Assembly: GCF_000341395.1 (NCBI RefSeq)
Contig: NC_020304.1
Coordinates: 3,540,001-3,572,000 of the forward strand
DNA length: 32,000 bases
Source: Desulfocapsa sulfexigens DSM 10523
GTDB lineage: Bacteria > Desulfobacterota > Desulfobulbia > Desulfobulbales > Desulfocapsaceae
Direction: 5' to 3'
The notes beneath the pieces were generated by a model. The model was not told the origin of the DNA. It searched no databases and saw nothing but the letters and a program-made list of their open reading frames with translations. Both the position numbers and the translations under genes were made by a program. Shown in pieces: positions 18,987-28,410 of this stretch (the first letter of the stretch is position 1; the number at the start of each line of letters is the position of its first letter).

Positions 18987-19964
18987 ATGTCTCAATTTTC
19001 CCGTCACCGTGAACAGGTTGAATCCACAATAAACCAACTCCGGGAACTGATAAATAAATTACAAATTCTGGAAGATGAATATCTCAGACAGGAAGAAAAA
19101 CTCTTTGTTATCTCAGAGTTTGCCAATGACTGGGAATACTGGCAGGCACCAGACGGCCACTACAAATATGTTTCTCCTTCCTGTAAAGTCGTTACCGGGT
19201 ACAAGCCACAGGAATTTTATGATGACCCTGCTCTTCTGAAAAAAATCATTGCTTTCGATAACTGGGAGAAGTGGAAGGCCCACAATCATAGTATGGCAAA
19301 AAATGGACTGGTAAATCCCATAGAATTCAAAATACACACAAAAGAAGGTAAGTCCAGATGGATTCATCATATCTGCCAGACGGTGACCGGTAGAAACGGT
19401 GAAAACCTTGGGGTCAGAGGGAGTAACAGAGATATCACTGAATTAAAGAAATTACAGGAGAAACTGAAACATATGGCAGGCCATGACCTGCTTACAGGGC
19501 TTCCCAACCGTTCTCTATTCCTGGAACATCTTAAGCAGACTATTAAGGAAGCCAAACGTAATGGCAGAATGTTTGCGGTGGTTTTTATAGACCTCGATGA
19601 TTTTAAGGAAATCAACGACACCCATGGTCATGAAGCCGGAGATACCGTTTTAAAAAAACTTGCCCAGGAGCTCACCGGAGTAACACGAGAAAACGACATC
19701 GTTGCTCGACTGGGTGGTGATGAATTCGTTGGTCTCTTTGATGTCAGCCATGATGCCGATGTCGGGATTATCAGACGCAAAATATTTGATGATGTACATA
19801 ATGAAATACATTGCCCCACCTATAACATTACTATTCATTATAGTTTTGGGGTAAGTATCTACCCAACCGATGGAACAAGTGTTGACACGCTTCTCAAAAA
19901 AGCCGACCTGGCAATGTACCTGCAAAAAGAAAACAACAAAGCGGAACGGAAAAAAAACAAATGA
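18987..19964 (+). CDS. PAS-GGDEF diguanylate cyclase
   Basis: PAS/PAC (SPSCKVVTGYKPQEF...ISRDI-like region RGSNRDITELKKLQ), then HDLLTGLPNRSLF...RLGGDEFVGLF with intact GGDEF. Confidence 0.93.
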   Translation: MSQFSRHREQVESTINQLRELINKLQILEDEYLRQEEKLFVISEFANDWEYWQAPDGHYKYVSPSCKVVTGYKPQEFYDDPALLKKIIAFDNWEKWKAHNHSMAKNGLVNPIEFKIHTKEGKSRWIHHICQTVTGRNGENLGVRGSNRDITELKKLQEKLKHMAGHDLLTGLPNRSLFLEHLKQTIKEAKRNGRMFAVVFIDLDDFKEINDTHGHEAGDTVLKKLAQELTGVTRENDIVARLGGDEFVGLFDVSHDADVGIIRRKIFDDVHNEIHCPTYNITIHYSFGVSIYPTDGTSVDTLLKKADLAMYLQKENNKAERKKNK

Positions 19965-21148
19965 CAACCATCAGGAAACATGTAGAAAAAGTGACGACCG
20001 ATGAACCAGTTGAACAAATATTGGGGTTCAACAACAACCTCCTCATCAGAGATCTCTTTGAAATCATGAACGAAGTTCTTGCAAACAGAGACCTCTCAAC
20101 CTACAAGCATACTCTGCGTGTTGCTCAAATTGCACTGGCAATCGGCACTGAACTGCAGCTTTGCGAAGAAGACTTAACCATTTTAGAACTTGGCTGTCTT
20201 GTTCACGATATCGGAAAGACCGCAATACCCGATGATGTATTGTTAAAACCGGATCTTTTTAACGATCAGGACCGAAGGATCATGGAATTCCATCCGCTTA
20301 TAGGGGCCAAGCTCTTTGCTCCAAGACTCCATGATGATCGTATTACAAATATTATTCTCAGGCATCACGAACGACTCGATGGCAGCGGATACCCTCAAGG
20401 TCTCGTTGCATCTGAGATCGATGAATTATCACGAATTGCAGCCATTGCCGATGAGTTTGAAGCCCTCACCAGTAAAAGACCCTATAAATCTTCTTTTTCG
20501 GTTAAAACGGCAATTAATGTTCTACAATATGAGGCAGAGCAAGGGGCACTGGACGGCCGGATAGTAGATGGCCTGAGCAGTATTGCAGAGGCTCTGGTAC
20601 TCCACGATGTAACCATGCAACCCACCGGAAATTTCATGGAGGAAATTGAACATTTCCGAAGAGACACATTTTTTCGTGACACCCTGAGTGAACTCTATAA
20701 CTATCGATATCTTTTGGTTCTCGATGATCTGAAAGTACTGGGGGAGACGGACACCTCCGGCTACCTCCTCCTTCTAGTGAATTTGAGAGGAATGGGTCGC
20801 TTTCAGGTAGACAATGGTGTTATTGTCGCTGGCCAGGTCCATGATGAAATCGGACAACATCTGAGAGATACGGTTTCAATATATCGAAAAAAACGACTCA
20901 ACTATGATGGTTCCGTCATGCTTTTCAGAAAACATTGTGATTATATGATATATGCGGAAGGAAACATGGAAGAAGACCTGGATGATCTTGTTACCCAACT
21001 CCGTAAAAAAGTTGGGCAGACTAGAGAGGAATGGGGCATTGAGGCAAACTGCTACCGGGTTTGGTTTCCGCGTTCCACCTCAATTGAAGAGGCAATGACC
21101 CGTCTTTTTTTACTGCAGGTAGAGGATGCTGAATCCTGCAAAACCTGA
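19961..21148 (+). CDS. HD-GYP domain protein (probable c-di-GMP phosphodiesterase)
   Basis: LGCLVHDIGKTAIPDDVLLKPD ... HHERLDGSGYPQGL; 4-nt overlap with the upstream GGDEF gene. Confidence 0.9.
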   Translation: MTTIRKHVEKVTTDEPVEQILGFNNNLLIRDLFEIMNEVLANRDLSTYKHTLRVAQIALAIGTELQLCEEDLTILELGCLVHDIGKTAIPDDVLLKPDLFNDQDRRIMEFHPLIGAKLFAPRLHDDRITNIILRHHERLDGSGYPQGLVASEIDELSRIAAIADEFEALTSKRPYKSSFSVKTAINVLQYEAEQGALDGRIVDGLSSIAEALVLHDVTMQPTGNFMEEIEHFRRDTFFRDTLSELYNYRYLLVLDDLKVLGETDTSGYLLLLVNLRGMGRFQVDNGVIVAGQVHDEIGQHLRDTVSIYRKKRLNYDGSVMLFRKHCDYMIYAEGNMEEDLDDLVTQLRKKVGQTREEWGIEANCYRVWFPRSTSIEEAMTRLFLLQVEDAESCKT

Positions 21149-21173
21149 AAAAAAATCATTGGTAAGACTTAAC

Positions 21174-21575
21174 ATGGACAATAAAAACAAAATACGACTA
21201 GTTTTCCTCAGTATTATTCTTTTCCTTTTTGTCATTCCTGTCTCTGGCATTTCTGCACAGAAAAGGAAAATCGCAGTTCCAGCAAACAGCAGTGAAAAAG
21301 ATTCCCTGATTAGTCAGGAAATGGGCAGAGCACAATATTTCTTGTTTTTTGACGATAGAGGACAGTTTATAAGTGCCTTAAAAAATCCCGCCAGCAGCCA
21401 AACAGGCGGCATAAGTCGTACAGTAATTACACTTCTGACTGATAACCAAATCACAACTGTCATCGCTGATTCTGTTGGTACCAAAATGAAAAAAGCTCTG
21501 ACCGACCACAATATAGAACTCATCAAAAAGAGTGGAGCAGCTCAAAAAGCCGTAACGGTTAGCGTACAACACTAA
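21174..21575 (+). CDS. NifX/NifB-like (dinitrogenase Fe-Mo cofactor-type) domain protein with predicted signal peptide
   Basis: FLSIILFLFVIPVSGISA leader, then KRKIAVPANSS...MGRAQYFLFFDDRG...TGGISRTVITLLTDNQITTVIADSVGTKMKKALTDHNIELI. Start placed at MDNKNK. Confidence 0.6.
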   Translation: MDNKNKIRLVFLSIILFLFVIPVSGISAQKRKIAVPANSSEKDSLISQEMGRAQYFLFFDDRGQFISALKNPASSQTGGISRTVITLLTDNQITTVIADSVGTKMKKALTDHNIELIKKSGAAQKAVTVSVQH

Positions 21576-21588
21576 TTTCCACCAAACA

Positions 21589-23355
21589 ATGAAACACCGC
21601 AAACCAGCTCTTCGGACTATTCTTTTCCCTCTGTTACTGGCGGTTGTGATTGGTGGCTTAGCAGGTCTTGGAGCAGTTTTTTTCCGTTGGCTCATAGAAT
21701 TTGGTATTGACCTGTTCTGGCCGGGAAGTGGAGGTTTCATCAGTCAGTATGAACAGGCATCCGTTTTCTGGCGGTTTGGCATACCCGTACTTGCTGGTTT
21801 GATCATCGGCCCCCTTCTTCATTTTGTCGCTCCTGAAATTCGTGGTCCCGGTGTCCCCGAAGTTATGGCCGCACTTGCTCAGCGTGATGGAATTATCAGA
21901 CACCGGGTGACTCTTGCCAAAAGTTTTGCCACCGCCACTCTTATTGCCTCAGGCTGTTCCGTAGGACGTGAAGGACCAATTGTTCAAATTGGCTCTTCCA
22001 TCGGTTCATCATTGTGCCAGCTTTTCCGACTGGGGCCTGATAACCGCAAACTTGCCGTTGCCTGCGGGGCAGCCGCAGGAATCGCTGCAACATTTCAGGC
22101 CCCGATGGCAGGCACCCTCTTTGTTGTTGAGATCCTCCTTTTTGATCTGGAGGTTACTTCCCTTTCCAATATCGTTATTGCAGCTGTCACCGGAACCATG
22201 GTTTCACGCGCTTTCTGGTATGATGGCATTTTATTCCAGGCGCCTCAATTTGTCCTTGGCCATCCGGCAGAACTTCTCATTTATCTTGTCCTTGGGCTCA
22301 TGGCGGGTCTGCTCAGCCTACTTCTTATGGCCATGACCTTTGGACTCAGCAGAAGCTTAGACAGGATACACGTTCCAGGATGGCTCTCCCCGGCCCTGGG
22401 CGGAGTGGTTATCGGGACACTTGGACTCTATTATCCACAGGTACTTGGAGTTGGCTATGACACCATTACAGGTGTCCTCCAAGGTGATTTCCTGTTCAGT
22501 ACCGCACTTGTTTTGCTGCTGGCTAAATTACTGGCAACCAGCTCCTGTATCGGGTCCGGCATGAGCGGTGGCATTTTTGCCCCCTCACTGTTTCTGGGAG
22601 CAATGCTTGGTGCAATGTTCGGTAACTTTGCCCATCTCATATGGCCTGATACAGCTCTTCTTTCCAGTCATTTTGCACTCGTGGGCATGGGTGCCATGGT
22701 AGCAGGCACAACGCTTGCCCCTATCACTGCCATTCTTACAATTTTCGAGTTGACGTATAACTATGAAATCATACTGCCACTGATGGTGGCCTGCATTCCA
22801 AGCATCATTGTTGTTCGCTATCTTCACGGTTTTTCCATCTATGAAACAAAACTCCTGTTAAAGGGAATTCGGATTGTCAGAGGGCATGATGCCAACCGAC
22901 TACGTACCATGAAAATCCGTGATTATATGAGTAAAGACAGTACATTTCTTTCCCAGGAAACATCCTTGACTCAACTCCTGGATAAAATACTGAACAGTTC
23001 ATTTCCCCATTTTATGATCAACGACAACACAGGAAACCTTATTGGCATTCTTACGCTTCGTGACCTGAGGACATTCCTAAACAAACCAGGTCCTACTGAT
23101 CCCTCTATCACCGCTGGCGATCTTATGATCCGTGACATTGCTACAGTAAGAGAAAATGACAATCTGGAAGAGGCATTTCACTTATTCAGCAATCATCATT
23201 TTTCATTTTTACCTGTCATGTCAGAGTCTAATCCCCATCGCGCCGTTGGGAGTCTGAAAAAAGATGACCTGCTTACAGCCTACAACCAACATATCCTGAA
23301 GGATCATTACCATCCTCCCTCTGCCCTGATCGGCCCTATTCGTGACAACAAATAA
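21589..23355 (+). CDS. ClC-family chloride channel/transporter with C-terminal CBS domains
   Basis: PEIRGPGVPEVMAAL, SGCSVGREGPIVQIGS, GSGMSGGIFAPSLFLGAMLGAMFG, followed by a CBS pair (MKIRDYMSKDSTFLS ... LMIRDIATVRENDNLEEAF). Confidence 0.95.
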   Translation: MKHRKPALRTILFPLLLAVVIGGLAGLGAVFFRWLIEFGIDLFWPGSGGFISQYEQASVFWRFGIPVLAGLIIGPLLHFVAPEIRGPGVPEVMAALAQRDGIIRHRVTLAKSFATATLIASGCSVGREGPIVQIGSSIGSSLCQLFRLGPDNRKLAVACGAAAGIAATFQAPMAGTLFVVEILLFDLEVTSLSNIVIAAVTGTMVSRAFWYDGILFQAPQFVLGHPAELLIYLVLGLMAGLLSLLLMAMTFGLSRSLDRIHVPGWLSPALGGVVIGTLGLYYPQVLGVGYDTITGVLQGDFLFSTALVLLLAKLLATSSCIGSGMSGGIFAPSLFLGAMLGAMFGNFAHLIWPDTALLSSHFALVGMGAMVAGTTLAPITAILTIFELTYNYEIILPLMVACIPSIIVVRYLHGFSIYETKLLLKGIRIVRGHDANRLRTMKIRDYMSKDSTFLSQETSLTQLLDKILNSSFPHFMINDNTGNLIGILTLRDLRTFLNKPGPTDPSITAGDLMIRDIATVRENDNLEEAFHLFSNHHFSFLPVMSESNPHRAVGSLKKDDLLTAYNQHILKDHYHPPSALIGPIRDNK

Positions 23356-23681
23356 GACCATTTCGTAGTACACATCAGTTCACACCTCAGTAAAGCCCCC
23401 TCGTCATACCCCTATCCGTAAAACCTGCAACAGTTTCGTTGAAAAGAAGCGACACCTTCTGTTCGTAATACTACAGATCTGCCCCGCAGGACACCTCAAT
23501 GCCCCATTAGTGTCGCGCAGACAAACAAAAGAGACTTCCCACCATTATCCTTTATATTCAAAACGTTAGCCCTCAACAACAGGTGTCATGGATAATTTTA
23601 AAGAGACTGGCATCATTACTGCTATAAAGAAGACAAGAAAACAAAATATATTCACTAAATCAACCCCATACGGAGGACACC

Positions 23682-23876
23682 ATGACAACCAATACTCACA
23701 ACACAGTGACCACTCAGCTCGATGCCGGATATGAAACTTCAACATTTGCACTCGGTGTTGCAATGACCTCGGTTGCCATCGTAGCAATATGGGGAACCGC
23801 ATGCCTCGCGAGTGCAATGGTCTCCATGGGACCTCTCAATGTTGCACAGGGATATTTCACCGCGTTAATCGGATAA
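23682..23876 (+). CDS. Small hydrophobic membrane protein (64 aa), unknown
   Basis: MTTNTHNTVTTQLDAGYETSTFALGVAMTSVAIVAIWGTACLASAMVSMGPLNVAQGYFTALIG; GGAGGACACC immediately upstream of the ATG (strong SD). Confidence 0.7.
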   Translation: MTTNTHNTVTTQLDAGYETSTFALGVAMTSVAIVAIWGTACLASAMVSMGPLNVAQGYFTALIG

Positions 23877-23925
23877 TCTGCAGATAAAAAGAGAACTACT
23901 AACGACAAAACTAAAGGATACCACC

Positions 23926-24225
23926 ATGAAAGAAAATACATCAAAAACGGGTTCGAGAATTATATTGGCAGCAGGTTCAATAATGTGTCTCTGGGTTGCA
24001 GCAGCATTGACCAGTGCCCTTTCAAGCGTAGGCTGGTCGGTCAGTGAGTTGGCAGGACAATACATGGTAGCAATCGGAATGGTTAAACCATTGCATACCC
24101 TGGTTGATTACTATACCCATATCAAAGGTATTGAATACCTTCTCTGTGTTGCTTTCTTTGTCGCCTTCCCGGTTTTCTTTAAATATATAAACAAGTCTCC
24201 GAAACCATCCACAGTAGCTAAGTAG
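23926..24225 (+). CDS. Small membrane protein (99 aa), unknown, weakly similar to the preceding 64-aa protein
   Basis: Hydrophobic segment LWVAAALTSALSSVGWSVSELAGQYMVAIG plus a second TM YLLCVAFFVAFPVFFKYI; same strand, 49-nt gap. Confidence 0.7.
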   Translation: MKENTSKTGSRIILAAGSIMCLWVAAALTSALSSVGWSVSELAGQYMVAIGMVKPLHTLVDYYTHIKGIEYLLCVAFFVAFPVFFKYINKSPKPSTVAK

Positions 24226-24265
24226 CCTGTCCGTGCACCCGACTTGTTGTCCCAACTAAATAAAC

Positions 24266-24306
24266 GCCTGCTTATCCTTGATCACATTAGATAAGCAGGC
24301 ATTTTT
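24266..24306 (+). terminator. Rho-independent terminator
   Basis: GCCTGCTTATC-cttgatcacatta-GATAAGCAGGC-ATTTTTC: perfect 11-bp stem then T tract, 40 nt after the 99-aa ORF. Confidence 0.88.
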
Positions 24307-24319
24307 CTGTCACTTCTGT

Positions 24320-25075
24320 TTATTGCGGAATGGATTCCATAGATGCAAACTTAGGCTCATGTAAAGGCAGGAGTATGTCGGCTTCTTCCTTGATACGAAG
24401 CATGATATCATAGGCCTCATTGACGTTGATATGCGTTCCAGGCGGAATCACCTCCATCTCCATGGCTGTTATTTGTTTGGGAGGATAGAAGTTTTCCAGA
24501 AGACAACAAAATCCCGTAATTATAGCTGTTCCTTCGGTGGTCTCTATAGCTACCGATAAGCCCCCTGCGGTATGTGCCGGAGTATGGAGAACACGAATAC
24601 CCGGAACGATTTCACAATCCCCGCTCACGGTCTTTATCTGCTTATTTTCACTGATTTCATAGATAAAATCTTCCAGATAACGAAAGTCGAGTGGGTGTGG
24701 ATCACGAATGTGTTTTAATTCCAACTCGTGCACATAGAATTCGGCATTGACGCATTTGTAATCATTTTCACAGTGATCATTATGGAGGTGCGTATGAATG
24801 ACGATGTCTATATCTTCGGGCTTCAGGCCCCACTTTGCAAGTCCCTCTTCAAAGGTGACAATTTTCCCGCCAACCGCATTTTCTCTGTCATCTGACTTGA
24901 TCGGGTGCATTTCACCTGTATCAACAAGAATTTTTTTATCCCCGCCCTCAAGGTACCAGCAATAGATTGGGATGGTAAAAGATTTCCCGTAATCGTGCTG
25001 ATAGGTCATCATCCCCTTATCAAATACTTTAGTACCGATTACCATGGGATGGAGAGTAAAAACTGTCATATGCAC
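24320..25075 (-). CDS. Metallo-beta-lactamase-fold hydrolase, N-acyl homoserine lactonase-like family
   Basis: VDTGEMHPI, HTHLHNDHCENDY (HxHxDH), LHTPAHTAGG, ILLPLHEPKF; 251 aa. Confidence 0.85.
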   Translation of the reverse strand: MHMTVFTLHPMVIGTKVFDKGMMTYQHDYGKSFTIPIYCWYLEGGDKKILVDTGEMHPIKSDDRENAVGGKIVTFEEGLAKWGLKPEDIDIVIHTHLHNDHCENDYKCVNAEFYVHELELKHIRDPHPLDFRYLEDFIYEISENKQIKTVSGDCEIVPGIRVLHTPAHTAGGLSVAIETTEGTAIITGFCCLLENFYPPKQITAMEMEVIPPGTHINVNEAYDIMLRIKEEADILLPLHEPKFASMESIPQ

Positions 25076-25216
25076 CTCCGTACTGGATTTTTTGAATAAA
25101 ATTCCTTATAGTTGTTCCTCAGACAGTGTTTCTGTACGATATCTCAAGAATTTAAAGAATACATTAAATACATTCAGATTCAACATTTTTCTCCTTTTAT
25201 TCGTTCTTATGCTCAT

Positions 25217-26053
25217 ATGAAAAACTATTCTAAACTCGACCAACCGGAACGCCTTCAATTAATATTCAATCCACGCCGCTGCCCGATTACTCCTTTGCCA
25301 AAAGGCGCCATAGACGTACATATTGAGGTTGCACCAGATGTCATCATAGGATGCAGGTTCTATATCCATACCCCGGAAAGTCCCAATATACTCTTCTTTC
25401 ATGGCAATGGTGAAACGGTTCCAGACTATGATGATATCGGTCCTCTCTACAACCACGCAGGAATGAACTTACTGGTCACCGATTTTCGCGGGTACAGCTG
25501 GAGCAATGGAACCCCCACCGTTTCATCAATGCTCAGCGATGCTGAAGTCCTTTTCACTGAAATTCAAAACTGGCTGCAATTCAATAAATACAGTGGCAAA
25601 CTCTTTCTTATGGGCCGCTCTCTTGGATCTGTTCCGGCAATTGATCTTGCCACCAGACATGAAAATGACATTAAGGGACTGATCATCGAAAGCGGAATTG
25701 CTGACACGATTCCTCTGGCAAAATCCCTGGGGATACCTGTGGACGATGTTGACTTCAGTGAGACCGATGGTTTTGGAAATATAGAAAAAATAGCTACTGT
25801 CAAGACAGCTACTTTTATATTTCATGGAGCACGGGATGAAATGATTGCTGCTGATGAAGCAGAAAAGCTCCAATCGTTCAGTGGCGCACGTACCAAAGAA
25901 TTTATTGTTATTCCCGGAGCAACACATAACACCATGATTACAACCGGTGGCAGGCTGTACTTTGAGACCATTAAAAAATTTATCGATAAAGTCACAGGGG
26001 TAACCAACTGGCGGCGACGCAGAAAAACCACCAACACCTATTCCGCAGAGTAA
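25217..26053 (+). CDS. Alpha/beta hydrolase
   Basis: FFHGNGETVPDYDDI, VTDFRGYSWSNG, LMGRSLGSVPA (nucleophile elbow GRSLG), FIFHGARDEMI, IPGATHNTM. Start placed at MKNYSKLD; the longer upstream start at 25112 is less plausible. Confidence 0.88.
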   Translation: MKNYSKLDQPERLQLIFNPRRCPITPLPKGAIDVHIEVAPDVIIGCRFYIHTPESPNILFFHGNGETVPDYDDIGPLYNHAGMNLLVTDFRGYSWSNGTPTVSSMLSDAEVLFTEIQNWLQFNKYSGKLFLMGRSLGSVPAIDLATRHENDIKGLIIESGIADTIPLAKSLGIPVDDVDFSETDGFGNIEKIATVKTATFIFHGARDEMIAADEAEKLQSFSGARTKEFIVIPGATHNTMITTGGRLYFETIKKFIDKVTGVTNWRRRRKTTNTYSAE

Positions 26054-26055
26054 CC

Positions 26056-26868
26056 ATGCGACCAAGCCTATTGTTCGGAAACTCTTTTTTCCGTCATTTT
26101 CTCATTGCCGGACTGCTTCTCCTGCTCCTTTCCTCCTGCAGATCAAACAGCAGCGGGCCACGGACAGTACATATCGCCCCCGATCCAACCATTTTACGAG
26201 TTGGGATTTCTGCCAATGCCCCCCCTCTTATCTATTCAAAGAATAATACCATAACCGGTCTTGAAGCTGAATTTGCGCAAAAACTCGGACAATTTATCGG
26301 GAGAAAAGTTAAATTTATAGAATTAAAATGGGAAGAACAGATAACGGCACTTGAGAAGAATCAAATTGATATCATCATGTCAGGAATGACAATTACTCAG
26401 GCCAGAGAGTACCGTATAGCATTTTCGGACCCCTACCTGCGTTCCGGCCAGATTCTCCTGGTTCGACTTGGTGAAAAAGCCAGATTCTCCACCGGGATAT
26501 ACAGCTTGATGAACTCCAGTTATGTTATTGGTACCGTTAGCAACACAACTGGAGATCTTTTTATCACCAGGACCCTCAATGGAGTGAAGGTAAAATCATT
26601 TGCAAAATCGACCGATGCTGTAAAGGCTCTCATAAACAGAGATATTGACGCTTTTGTTTACGATGCACCCATGGTCTGTCATTATGCTGCTATCAACGAG
26701 AACAATAAACTCACGCCCATAATGACACTTGTCACGGAAGAATATCTTGCATGGGGAATACGTAAAGAGGACAACAACCTGCGCAATCAGGCCAACGCCT
26801 TTCTTGAAGAATTAAAAGAGCAGCAGGAACTACCGCGGATGCTTAGAACCTGGATTCCCTATATGTGA
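26056..26868 (+). CDS. Transporter substrate-binding domain (PBPb) lipoprotein
   Basis: Lipobox LLLLLSSC; LRVGISANAPPLIYSKNNTITGLEAEFAQKLGQFIG ... IDIIMSGMTITQAREYRIAFSDPYLRSGQ. Confidence 0.9.
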   Translation: MRPSLLFGNSFFRHFLIAGLLLLLLSSCRSNSSGPRTVHIAPDPTILRVGISANAPPLIYSKNNTITGLEAEFAQKLGQFIGRKVKFIELKWEEQITALEKNQIDIIMSGMTITQAREYRIAFSDPYLRSGQILLVRLGEKARFSTGIYSLMNSSYVIGTVSNTTGDLFITRTLNGVKVKSFAKSTDAVKALINRDIDAFVYDAPMVCHYAAINENNKLTPIMTLVTEEYLAWGIRKEDNNLRNQANAFLEELKEQQELPRMLRTWIPYM

Positions 26869-26910
26869 GAACGTGAAGTTTTCAAAAAAAAACTTTTTAT
26901 ATGAACTCTT

Positions 26911-27417
26911 ATGATACAAAAGACTACCAAACGGAAAAATTATCTTAGCTGGGATGAATATTTTATGGCCGTGGCACTCCTTTCGGCCCAACGCAGTAAG
27001 GATCCCTCCACTCAGGTTGGAGCCTGTGTAGCAAACGAAAACAACAAGATCGTCGGAGTTGGCTATAACGGTTTTCCATGGGGATGTCCCGATGATGAAC
27101 TGCCATGGGCACGTGAGGGTAAATATCTGGACACAAAATACCCCTTTGTATGCCATGCAGAACTCAACGCTGTGCTTAACTCCACAGCCCCAAATCTCAA
27201 TGACTGCAGGATTTATGTCGGACTCTTTCCCTGTAACGAATGCACCAAAGTAATCATCCAGTCAGGAATTCGAGAGATTATCTACCTTTCCGACAAATAT
27301 GCTGATTCCGATTCTGTGAGGGCATCCAAACTGATGTTGGATACATCTGGAACGCTGTATAGACAATTTGAAGCTCACAATAAAGAAATCATCCTTAAAC
27401 TCTTCAACGATTGTTGA
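26911..27417 (+). CDS. dCMP deaminase / ComEB-like zinc deaminase
   Basis: SWDEYFMAVALLSAQRSKDPSTQVGA, CHAELNAVLNS, LFPCNECTKVII zinc motifs. Confidence 0.93.
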   Translation: MIQKTTKRKNYLSWDEYFMAVALLSAQRSKDPSTQVGACVANENNKIVGVGYNGFPWGCPDDELPWAREGKYLDTKYPFVCHAELNAVLNSTAPNLNDCRIYVGLFPCNECTKVIIQSGIREIIYLSDKYADSDSVRASKLMLDTSGTLYRQFEAHNKEIILKLFNDC

Positions 27418-27429
27418 GTTTCCAACATA

Positions 27430-28410
27430 CTAATGCTCATAGCCCTGAAACGTGATTTCCTCAGCGGTACCGTCTTCCCTCTGCAGGAACACTCCCTCCC
27501 CTGAATGAATTTTCCCGATCTGCACAACTCCCGGAAAACGCTTCGCAAAACCTGCCTCCTCTCCCCGCCTCACCGTAAAGACCAACTGGTAATCCTCACC
27601 GGAACGGAGCAGCAAACCTTCGACATCGATATTCAAAAGTGCCGCAGCAGGAGGGAGTTCTGGAAGGAAGGGAAGACAGTCAGCTTGAATATGTGCAGAT
27701 ACCTCCGATGCTTTGCAAATATGGGCAAGATCGGTGGCAATTCCGTCGGAGATATCCTGCATGGCCGTTACCAATCCACTTTCGGCCAGTTTAAGTCCAA
27801 GAGCTACCTGTGGCTTCGGATCAAGATGGGCGCCAATTAATACCTCAAACAAATCAAACCGGGTGTCATCCGGGTACTGTTTTTTATGAGTCAGTATTTT
27901 TAGCCCGATTCCTGCAGAGCCTAAGGGGCCAGAAACCCATACGGTATCACCTTCTCCTGCGGTGTTGCGGTAAATAGCCCCGCTTTCCAATGGTTCTCCG
28001 AGCACAGTCACGGTCATCGCCAGTTCTTTGGCCTTTACCGTATCGCCGCCAATCAAAGCACATTTAAATTCGTCAAGAATTTCAAGAACACCATCAAGCC
28101 AGGACGAAATCCAGTCCCACTCGAGATCCACAGGCAAACACAGAGCCAATAGAACAAATCGGGGGTTACCCCCCATTGCTGCAATATCACTGACATTAAC
28201 AGCAATCGTTTTCCTGCCAAGGAGCTTGGGTGGATGAAAGCTTCGATCAAAATGTATCCCATCAATCAGACTGTCTGTGGAAATCAGAAAGGAATTACGG
28301 GCTACAACTTCACAACAGTCATCCCCAATTGATTTCAACAGGCCCACATCCTGACTCTTACTGGCTTGACGAATTTTTTCTATCAGTCTTCGTTCTGACC
28401 AGGCAGCCAC
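27430..28410 (-). CDS. thiL: Thiamine-monophosphate kinase
   Basis: GDDCCEV, STDSLIDGIHFDRSFHPPKLLGRKTIAVNVSDIAAMGG, GGDTVKAKELAMTVTVLG, ISDGIATDLAHIC. Confidence 0.93.
   Translation of the reverse strand: MAAWSERRLIEKIRQASKSQDVGLLKSIGDDCCEVVARNSFLISTDSLIDGIHFDRSFHPPKLLGRKTIAVNVSDIAAMGGNPRFVLLALCLPVDLEWDWISSWLDGVLEILDEFKCALIGGDTVKAKELAMTVTVLGEPLESGAIYRNTAGEGDTVWVSGPLGSAGIGLKILTHKKQYPDDTRFDLFEVLIGAHLDPKPQVALGLKLAESGLVTAMQDISDGIATDLAHICKASEVSAHIQADCLPFLPELPPAAALLNIDVEGLLLRSGEDYQLVFTVRRGEEAGFAKRFPGVVQIGKIHSGEGVFLQREDGTAEEITFQGYEH

Noticed and set aside
21589-23355. Possible fluoride riboswitch in front of the ClC gene
   Set aside because: Only 13 nt separate the upstream ORF stop and the ClC start, leaving no room for an aptamer.
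26830-27156. 108-aa - strand ORF opposite dCMP deaminase
   Set aside because: Antisense to a clear deaminase with conserved zinc motifs.
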